This document shows, one piece after another, positions 9,126-17,800 of a stretch of DNA of 32,523 bases (positions within the stretch are counted from its first letter, which is position 1; every line of letters starts with the position of its first letter). The notes under the pieces were generated by a model. It ran no database searches. It was not told where the DNA came from and saw nothing but the letters and a program-made list of their open reading frames with translations. The translations under genes were made by a program, and so were the position numbers. The stretch spans positions 1 through 32,523 of the forward strand of contig JAZRWV010000314.1 in the NCBI GenBank assembly GCA_045599925.1, given 5' to 3'. The DNA comes from Myxococcota bacterium (GTDB lineage: Bacteria > Myxococcota_A > Bradymonadia > UBA4248).

Positions 9126-9210
9126 GCCGCGCTATCGGCCTTAAAAGGCCGATACGCTGCGGCTGGTTCGGCTATTTATACTTTTGCTTCGCAAAAACTA
9201 TAAATACGCC
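9126..9210. repeat. two REP-like hairpins after the coupled ORF
   Basis: First: GCCGC-GCTATCGGCC-TTAAAA-GGCCGATACGC-TGCGGC (9126-9163). Second, nested: GGCTATTTATA-C-TTTTGC-TTC-GCAAAA-AC-TATAAATACGCC (9170-9210). Confidence 0.55.
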
Positions 9211-9218
9211 TCACCTTA

Positions 9219-9250
9219 TATAGGCTCCGCTTCAACACCATCGTTCTTAG
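9219..9250 (+). repeat. 32-nt direct repeat, copy 1
   Basis: TATAGGCTCCGCTTCAACACCATCGTTCTTAG matches 9451-9482 at 28 of 32 positions. A second shared block (CCTCTGAACAAAAC versus CCTGCTGAACAAAC) follows each copy. Confidence 0.6.
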
Positions 9251-9450
9251 GGAACCTCTGAACAAAACAATATTTTAAGGCACTAATTGAAGAGAGCCGA
9301 GTGGGGCCCCGGCGAGGCAAGATGGTTAGGCACCGCAAAATGCTTATAGATCTTTAAGATATTACGGATTCTTAAGGGCTTAGCCCTTAAGTGGAGTTTG
9401 GGGCAAAGCCCCTGAAAAATAAAGCTATTAATTTTTATTCAGAGTTTCCC

Positions 9451-9482
9451 TATAGGATCCGTTTCAACGCCATCGCTCTTAG
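9451..9482 (+). repeat. 32-nt direct repeat, copy 2
   Basis: TATAGGATCCGTTTCAACGCCATCGCTCTTAG, offset 232 bp from copy 1. Confidence 0.6.
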
Positions 9483-9537
9483 ATGACGCACGGTCTGATA
9501 CCTGCTGAACAAACCTACGCCATCTCATTTCCCCCTC

Positions 9538-9565
9538 TTGCAATCATAACAATTAGTGCTATAAA
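9538..9565 (+). promoter_or_regulatory. candidate sigma70-type promoter for the giant-lipoprotein array
   Basis: TTGCAA (9538-9543), 16-nt spacer, TATAAA (9560-9565), about 105 nt upstream of ATG 9671. Motif match only. Confidence 0.3.
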
Positions 9566-9574
9566 AATACGTTG

Positions 9575-9630
9575 AAGCGCTTCCAGCTTCCAAATACGAA
9601 GGGTTATTTGGAGTTTGAGGCGCTTTTTTA
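9575..9630 (+). promoter_or_regulatory. terminator-like leader hairpin (possible attenuator, or the 3' end of an intergenic RNA)
   Basis: Outer stem AAGCGCTTC (9575-9583) pairs with GAGGCGCTT (9617-9625) with 1 mismatch. Inner stem CCAAATA (9590-9596) pairs with TATTTGG (9605-9611). A T6 run (9624-9629) follows. The structure sits between the candidate promoter and the RBS of the first giant gene. Confidence 0.4.
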
Positions 9631-9670
9631 TTATCTGGCAAATAGTTAGGTAAATCGAGTGGTATCAGCA

Positions 9671-12600
9671 ATGAGAAGAACGAAATTCGCAAGCATTATT
9701 TCAATTCTGGCGCTTATTTGGGCAACCGGCTGTTCGGATAATGAAACTCACAATCCAAGCAATCCGCCTGAAGATGATGCCCCCATCGGCCCAGGCGAAG
9801 AGATTGTGTTGGATACCTCAAAAAGCATTAACTCATGGTCCGGCTGCATGATTGATGCTGACTGTACAAACGGTGCTTTCTGCTTTCAGGGACAATGTGT
9901 CGTTCAATGCAATGAATCCATGACATGTGACTCTGGATATGCCTGCCAATTGTCGAGAGGGCGATGCGTAAACGAATCATTCCTGCAGAATATCGCCGAA
10001 GCTCTGAAAATGGATACACCTGAATCCCCCATGTCACCACAGGAAAAAGCCATGATATTGGCAGAGCTTGATTTACAGGCCGCACAAAATTCAGATGTTC
10101 GTTACTCTGTTTTAGGAAAGAAAAACGAAGCTGGTGAAAAAATTCAGAATGTCGAGTTCATTAAGCGTCTTCCTTATGAAATTCATCGTGAAAATGCAAA
10201 AACAGGCCTATCCTTTGAAGTTCGCAATTCTGTTGGACCTGTATTTTATGCCGTTAAAACATCGGAAAATTCACTGCCCGTTTTGAAAAAAGTCAAAGGT
10301 ATTCGCACCGCAAACGGTAGTTATCAATACACACTTGATGTGAATGCGGATGAAGCTGTCAGATCGTTAAAACATCTTCAGCGTGATGGCGGAGAACTCG
10401 ATACTGTTGAACTCGATATCGTCACCAGTGTGGGCAACGAATCCGTACTTCTTTCCGAAACACCTTCAATAAGCAGAATTTATTCTGGAAAGGTTGTCCC
10501 TTTCAGTGTGCTTTCTGGAATAGATTTACCCATCAGAATGGCTATCGAAGTATTTCCGGATGATGTTCATAATTTTGACGAAATACAATCGATAAAATTG
10601 TATTTGCCTGTCAGTGATACTGATATATTTTCACCGGAAAATGTAAAATCGACAGACACTATAACAGAATGGACCAGCGTCAATATTGCTCAAAAAGACA
10701 ATGCATCAAACTGCACAAACGGAAAAGCTTGTTTCGCAGCCGTTTTTTCTACAAATGACTTCGTTTCTGCTGGCAGTATGATTTTATCAAAAGATGATCA
10801 TGTCAATCGCAGCATCCGTCTGGAAATTGATAGCTTTGACGCAGAAAATACGACATTTTCCGGTATTATTACCGATAAGTTTGAAGGCTTTTTCAGAGAA
10901 TCCGCTTCGAGCAATATCAGTAATGAACAACAACAATGGAATGTCACTCAACTTGGCGGTTATTTTAAAGTTGTGGGTACATCCTTATTGCCGGAAGACT
11001 TGAAAAGTCACAACCATGCGGCAGAAAACTTAAAAATGCGTGACATCAGTGAAGCTTCTATTCAAATTTGTTCGGGCGATGATGTTTCAGCATTGATGAA
11101 ATATATCAAAACTTCATGGACTGAAGGATGCAATGGATTGGAAGAAAATGATGCTTTGTTGTGCCAAAAGTATCAGACTTGTAAGAATGTGGATAACTTA
11201 GCCTCTTATGAAGCTCTTTCTTTGGATGATAGATTGTTCTGTGTTCAAGCTGCTGTAAATGAAATCTTGTTGGATAAAACTCGCGTTTCCTATGTTCTCG
11301 AACAGGTACTTGTTTCTGATGCTTCTGGAAAAGAAAATACCGAAGAAATTGAAGTCTGCGGTAGAAAGATAAACAATTTTGAAGACTTTCGAACAGCTTG
11401 TGCCGATTCAAACTGTAATTTGTGCAAAGAACGACCCGAATTATCATGTGCAAGTGATTTACTGGCAAAACTGTATAAAGAAAATAAATTATTGGATTCT
11501 GATGCAAAATCCAGTCTTGCAAGCAGCTGGATAAACATGATGAAGGAATCATATATTGCGCAGCAATATCTTGCCTGGAATCAGGATACAGAAATCCGAA
11601 AGTCATGGCTTACGGGAGCTTCCTATTCCGGTACATTTGCTGCCGCAACGATGAATTCTCATAACAAAACACTGCTCAAACGGTATCAAAGCGAGGTTCT
11701 CGACGTTCAGCGAAGTGTCTTGAGGAAGCAGTTTGTTCAGAGTACACTTGAAATGCTTTCGCACAGTACTGCCGACGCTGATGCCACAAATGTGAATGAG
11801 TTCAGTTCTCTGCGCAATCGAATACTCAGTGATCTCTCCAGTTGCTGGGAATCCGCGGCAAGCAGTCTTGGTCTGGCCGCCAAACGATACGATGTCCTCA
11901 TTCAGAATGACAGCGAACGCCTTTCTGCCGCAGCTGAATTAAGACCTGTTCTCTTTGATCTCTATTTTAGTGGTTTGATCGCTTCAACAATCAATCTTAA
12001 AGCAGATCAGGGATCATTAAATGGTGCATTTGGGGCAAATCTCTCCAGCGCAATCGGTAAGCTCAGTTCGTTGGATCAACCTTTTGAAAATCTCGTGTTT
12101 TCACGAGATGGGGAAATTTTTACCGATACACGACTCGAAACTGATAGCGACGAAACAGCTCTGGGAAGAGTCAAGTCTGCTGCAGAATCTTCAACTAAAA
12201 AAGCAGAACAGAAACGAACGGATGTTTTTAACGCCATCAATGCACAAAACCAGGAAATCCTGACCATTAAAGATGGGTATATGAGCTCTCTTGAAAATAT
12301 GAGAACTCAAATCGTCAATTTATGCGGATATCCGTCAGACTGTTCAACTTCAGAACAACGAAAAACATGTCAGCTATTTACGGCACCTTTTTTCTGTGGC
12401 TTAGCGATACCATCTACGGATACAACTGGTGTCGATCTTTCCAAATTTGAATCTTCTACACATGAATTGGCACAGGCATCGATTAGTCAGGTTTCCGATT
12501 TAAATAATTGTCTCGAAAAGTATTCGCATTATGAAGATGGAACACTCTCTGAAATGAGTGAAACGGATATTCATTCGTGTTTTGGATATGATCTGAACGA

Positions 12601-14740
12601 TATCAGTCTTGCATTGAGTACTGATGTCGAGGGTAATATCAGTAAAGCAGGCTTAGCTATTCAGGAGCTCCGTCAGGCAATTTTAGAATATGAGACTTCT
12701 CGCGCTGAATATCAAATCCATCTTCAGAAAGTCAACAATACCTATGAAACTCTAAATGCATATGCAGAAAGTCTTTCAGAACAATTCACCAATATGGCAG
12801 ATACTCTTTCTGCAATTGAAAATAATCTTACCACGATTAAACAGTATGAATCTGCAATTGCGAATTACCAAATTAAAATAAATGATGAAAAAACATCAGC
12901 ATTAAAAGCAGAATATCACAATAAAGTTGCCGATTTGGCCCATTGGGCTTTCGTTCAGGGAGTTGGCGGCATCTTCAATGGCGTTTATTCTGTTCAGGCA
13001 TTAAAAAAAGCTTTTAATATGATGGAATCCGAAATGAGCCATCGCGGTGATGAGCTGGAAAGGGACGCGGCAGCAATGAACAGCCGAACATCATCCGCAC
13101 TTATGGATTATATAGGTTTTACAACAGCAATTGACGCCATTTCTCGCGCTAGCATAAATTATTATACATTCAATCCAGCAGCCCCACAGATAGTCGTTCA
13201 AGGTTACGGAAGTGTCGTAGATGTAGCAGCTCAAATCGGTACATTTATCGACTTATCGATAGAACTTTCTGATAAATTCATATTTAGCAAAAAAGCTGCA
13301 CTGGCCACAAATGCAAATGAGCTCGTCAAATCAACGTTTAACCTCGCAACAGGTGCTTTAAATAAAGGAATGAGTATAAGTGCAGCCAATACTCAGGCTG
13401 AACTGGCCGAAACAATCAGCAAACTTAAGTCTGCAGTCACACTTCACAAAGAACAATGTGAAGGCAATTCCTCTGCAGCATGTACCGAATCCCAAAGTTT
13501 GAGCAGCGATGAAATGACCAATCTGATTGCTGATTTGGAACGCCAAAATCAGCTTTTGCTCAAACAAATCGAATATGAAAATGAAAGAAATCATGCACTT
13601 GAGGAACTGGAACTCGGCCGCAATGCTCTTTTGAATGACACACTCGATTTACTCGACTTTGAACGCATGGTTTATATCAAAGACCTCGATGTGGCTCAAA
13701 AACACTTAGAATATCTTAAAATTGCTCAGGATGCTTCAGAACTGGCAATGCAATTTAACAACAAACTGGCAAGATTTAACACATATCGTGATTTAATGGG
13801 TTCTGCATCGAGCTTCTTCCAATACGCTGCAGATCTCGAAGACGTCGAAAAATATATGGAATATGCAAGAAATGATCTTTCTGACTATCTTGCAGCCATT
13901 GAATATCTAACCGTTCGTCCATTTGTGGACCTGAGACGTTCCATATATACGGCTCGCGGCACAAATGATTTGAACATGATTTACAAACAATTAAACGATT
14001 TAACAAATCGCTGCGGTTCCGGAACTCGCTCGCAGAATCAAATAAAGCTTTCTGTTCGCAATCGTTTAGGTCTTGTCGATGATGAATTTGGTGGCATTTC
14101 AGCTGAAAACAAGATGATGTTAAACACTCGAAGTGGCCAAATAACATCAGATGCAGAACTGCGATATGTCAAAAATGAAGAACTTTCAAACCTGATATCA
14201 AACGGCAAATATTTAAGCTCTTCATTCTCACTTACACCTAAGCTTGCAAATATTTCGAATTCATGCGACGCCAAAATCGATGAAATTCAAGTGCGGCTCG
14301 TTTCCATGGAAGGCAAAGCGCTTCGTGAATCTGCGAATAGTACCCCAAAAATCATCCTGATTTATGGCGGTCAAAGTCAATTGATGTCGTGTCACGATAA
14401 AATCGATGCGATTGCATCATCCATTGGAACTCGCACAACATACGGCAAGTATTCCACATTCCATTCGGATCCGATTTCCGGCGGTTTAAATGCCGGTGTG
14501 TATGAAGTCCAGGCTGGCGAAAAATATGCCCTCTCTGATAGAACTGAATTCACAGGAACGACATCCTATCTTGCCCTTAGAGGATATCCGCTCATGGCAA
14601 CATACAGCATCATGATCGATCCCGAAAGTGGCGAAAATCCAAATATTCACTGGGAAAATCTGGCAGATATCGAAATTCAGATCTCTTATTCAACTGGTAC
14701 TCTTGGTTCCGATAGCAGTGTCTGTAACTACGATTTATAA
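9671..14740 (+). CDS. giant lipoprotein paralog 1, unknown family
   Basis: Uninterrupted ORF; GTG 9659 is an alternative start. MRRTKFASIISILALIWATG|CSD is a lipobox signal peptide. It carries the 8-Cys module (9845-9967), a long helical region, and a C-terminal module shared with paralogs 2-4. It aligns along its full length with the next three ORFs. Confidence 0.9.
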   Translation: MRRTKFASIISILALIWATGCSDNETHNPSNPPEDDAPIGPGEEIVLDTSKSINSWSGCMIDADCTNGAFCFQGQCVVQCNESMTCDSGYACQLSRGRCVNESFLQNIAEALKMDTPESPMSPQEKAMILAELDLQAAQNSDVRYSVLGKKNEAGEKIQNVEFIKRLPYEIHRENAKTGLSFEVRNSVGPVFYAVKTSENSLPVLKKVKGIRTANGSYQYTLDVNADEAVRSLKHLQRDGGELDTVELDIVTSVGNESVLLSETPSISRIYSGKVVPFSVLSGIDLPIRMAIEVFPDDVHNFDEIQSIKLYLPVSDTDIFSPENVKSTDTITEWTSVNIAQKDNASNCTNGKACFAAVFSTNDFVSAGSMILSKDDHVNRSIRLEIDSFDAENTTFSGIITDKFEGFFRESASSNISNEQQQWNVTQLGGYFKVVGTSLLPEDLKSHNHAAENLKMRDISEASIQICSGDDVSALMKYIKTSWTEGCNGLEENDALLCQKYQTCKNVDNLASYEALSLDDRLFCVQAAVNEILLDKTRVSYVLEQVLVSDASGKENTEEIEVCGRKINNFEDFRTACADSNCNLCKERPELSCASDLLAKLYKENKLLDSDAKSSLASSWINMMKESYIAQQYLAWNQDTEIRKSWLTGASYSGTFAAATMNSHNKTLLKRYQSEVLDVQRSVLRKQFVQSTLEMLSHSTADADATNVNEFSSLRNRILSDLSSCWESAASSLGLAAKRYDVLIQNDSERLSAAAELRPVLFDLYFSGLIASTINLKADQGSLNGAFGANLSSAIGKLSSLDQPFENLVFSRDGEIFTDTRLETDSDETALGRVKSAAESSTKKAEQKRTDVFNAINAQNQEILTIKDGYMSSLENMRTQIVNLCGYPSDCSTSEQRKTCQLFTAPFFCGLAIPSTDTTGVDLSKFESSTHELAQASISQVSDLNNCLEKYSHYEDGTLSEMSETDIHSCFGYDLNDISLALSTDVEGNISKAGLAIQELRQAILEYETSRAEYQIHLQKVNNTYETLNAYAESLSEQFTNMADTLSAIENNLTTIKQYESAIANYQIKINDEKTSALKAEYHNKVADLAHWAFVQGVGGIFNGVYSVQALKKAFNMMESEMSHRGDELERDAAAMNSRTSSALMDYIGFTTAIDAISRASINYYTFNPAAPQIVVQGYGSVVDVAAQIGTFIDLSIELSDKFIFSKKAALATNANELVKSTFNLATGALNKGMSISAANTQAELAETISKLKSAVTLHKEQCEGNSSAACTESQSLSSDEMTNLIADLERQNQLLLKQIEYENERNHALEELELGRNALLNDTLDLLDFERMVYIKDLDVAQKHLEYLKIAQDASELAMQFNNKLARFNTYRDLMGSASSFFQYAADLEDVEKYMEYARNDLSDYLAAIEYLTVRPFVDLRRSIYTARGTNDLNMIYKQLNDLTNRCGSGTRSQNQIKLSVRNRLGLVDDEFGGISAENKMMLNTRSGQITSDAELRYVKNEELSNLISNGKYLSSSFSLTPKLANISNSCDAKIDEIQVRLVSMEGKALRESANSTPKIILIYGGQSQLMSCHDKIDAIASSIGTRTTYGKYSTFHSDPISGGLNAGVYEVQAGEKYALSDRTEFTGTTSYLALRGYPLMATYSIMIDPESGENPNIHWENLADIEIQISYSTGTLGSDSSVCNYDL

Positions 14741-14834
14741 GCCAGGATTCAAATATCTTCGGCTTTTGAATGACTAAATTTAAGATTTTTTGAGAATCCG
14801 AAACGAATCCATGATTCGTGATAAGAGGAAAATA

Positions 14835-17800
14835 ATGAGTAAGACAAAACTTATTTGGGCATTATCAATTCTGACAATGGCATTGGCAGGCTGTTCGAAT
14901 GAATCCTCACCGTATGAGCCACCTCAAAATGACGATCCGGTTTCTCCAATCGTCATTGACGATGATGGGATGTCTGTTGACAACGCACTCCATTCCACCC
15001 ATGGCTGCTTGATCGATCACGACTGTGCGGAAGGTGCTTTTTGCTTTGAAAGCCAGTGTGTCGTTCAATGCAACGACGAATTGTCGTGCAATGAAGGCTA
15101 TGCATGCCAGATCGCGCGAGGGCGCTGTATCCGCGAAGATTATCTCCAAAACCTCGCAACTGCTATTCAAAACCTTGATAACAACAGCACTGATATGCCG
15201 CCGGAAGAAGTCGCACTTGCCAAAGCTGTACTCGACCTGGAAGCCGAAGAACATTCAGAAATCAGTCAGGCCCAGAATGAAAAAAAGGCTCTTGCAATTT
15301 CCGATTTTATCAGCCGTATTCCTGCTGGCATCACACTGGATCCTCAAAACAATAAACAGCAAGTGAGCTTTAGACTTCGCAGTGACTATGGCGTCATCTA
15401 TTATGCCGTTAAAACGGATGATAACAAACTGCCAATACTGAAAAGAGCCAATTCTGTTAAAACAGTCGATGGTGACTACGAATACACATTCGAAATCGAT
15501 GCAGCTGAATTGCAAATTCAGAAAACAAGCCTCTTGCGTGATAATAAAGAAACATCATCAAACACTGATGTCAACATTGTTTCCAGCATTGGAAACTCCA
15601 ATCTCCTCGTGCTTGATGCACCAGAACTAAACGGCATTTACACTGGTCACGTCGTTCCTAAAGAAGTCTTATCCGGCATCGACTTGCCAATTCGAATGGG
15701 AATTAAAGTCAATCCAGAAGACGCGCGTAGTTTTGATGATATCAAATCGATGACACTTATGCTTCCCGCCAGCAATGCAGACGTTTTTTCACCCGAAAAT
15801 GTCGCGTTGGACAACAACGGAAAAGTGAAGGAAACCTGGGCCAGTGTCGAAATTGCTCAAAAAGATGATGCTGCTTCATGCCGAAGTGGAATGCCCTGTT
15901 TTGCTGCCGTGTTTTCGACCAACGATTATGCTCCGGCAAACAGCCTGCTCCTGGATGAAGACCGCCATGTCAATCGCAATATCCGAATCGAAATCACTGG
16001 AATGGATGCCACTGATCATAAACTTACCGGACAAATTATCGACCGACTCGACGGCATTTATCGCGAAGTGACGGATAGAGAAAATCCATCCGATGAAATG
16101 AATTATCGTTGGAATTCCACCGAAATGCATGGTCTGCTCTCCGCCAAACTGTCGAATGAAATCGATATGGAAAAAATGTCGGTTCATTCCCATTCGCCTG
16201 CTGCTGAAAAAATCCGCGATATTGCTGAAGAACCAGATTTGAACTGCACTGATGCTCAAGTCGGCGAGTTGATGTCGCTTATCGTCAGTCCATACAAAGT
16301 GGCTTGCAATACACTGACGGATGAAAATGATATTGCATTGTGCAATCAGTATGTTGAATGCACCGGCATAAACAGCATTGCAACATGGGAAAATGCGTCA
16401 GACGAATACAAATACTTTTGTTTGAACAAAGCCATTGAAGCCATCCAGGCAGATGAAAGCCGGGTTTCTGCCGTCTTAAAAAATGTTCTCATTTCGGATG
16501 CATCATCCGCTGAAATCAAAGATCTCAAGGTTTGTGATAAAAATGTCAGCAATTTCGAGGACTTTAGAACACTTTGTGCTGATACAACATGCGATCTTTG
16601 CAAACCTCATCCTGAGTACACATGTGCAGCGGATTTATTGTCACTTCTTTATCGAAATGACAAAAGTCTGAATACAGAGGACAAAACGGCGATTGCTCAG
16701 AATTGGGTTTCCATGATGAATGAAGCCAATCTTTCCGAACAGTATCTTGCCTGGAATCAGGACATCGAAATCCGAAAGTCATGGCTTACTGGCGCTGTGT
16801 ATGAAAACACTTTTGCCGAAAACGTAATGAGTACCTTTAATACGGGGTTACTCAATCGCTACCGCTCAGAAGTCCTCGATGTTCATCACACCATTCTTCA
16901 AACGCTGACCCATCAGAACATTCTGGAAATGCTTTCTATCAGCAATGAAGATGCAAAAGACAATGGCATTACGGAACTGAGTTCCGCGCGCAACGAAATT
17001 TTAAACCAGATTGCGACATCCTGGACAAATCTGTCAGATTCACTCGGATTGATGGCTCGCCGATACGACGTATTATCTCAGGATGACATGGAACGCGTCA
17101 CAATTGGTTCTGAACTTCGTGCCTATCTGTTTGATTTATATTACGTGGGGCTTGTCGCATCTCATCTCAATTTGAAGGCAGATCAGGGTTCCCTTAACGG
17201 TAGTTTTGGTGCAAACCTCGCCTCCATTATGGAAAAGCTGGAATCTCTCGATCAGCCATTTGAAGACCTCGTCTTTATGAGAGATGGCGAAATCTTTACC
17301 GATACACGCCTCGAGGACGGAAGTGATACAGCCCTCGGACGGCTTAAAACAACGGCTAAAACAGCTGTCGAAAAAGCAGTCAGCAAACGCACGGAAGTTT
17401 TTAATGCCATCGAAAAGAAAAATGCCGAACGCATTTCAGCCAAAGACAGCTATTTGAGCTCGCTGGAATCCATGCGAACAAAACTGGTTGATTTATGCGG
17501 ATATCCGGCTGACTGCAAAACCGCAAAACAGCGAGAAAACTGTCAAATCTTTACAGCCCCATATTTCTGCGGTTTTGCATTGGATTCCCTCGAAACCGAG
17601 GGCGTCGATTTAAGTGAAATTGCCAAAGCTGATACCGCCCAAACGATATCTTCCGTTAAACAGATTGATAATTATTACGATTGCATTTTGAAAAATTCCA
17701 AACTGGACCAGGATGGAAAGATCGAAGCATCAAACGTTACTGAAGAAACTTATGAAAAATGTCTTGGGGCCGGAATTGGAAATGAGACCATCCCTGTAAG

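Noticed and set aside
9219-9482. Possible CRISPR array, suggested by the repeated 32-nt sequence
   Set aside because: There are only two imperfect copies, 232 bp apart. This is not the 25-50 bp spacer periodicity of a CRISPR array, and no cas genes are present.
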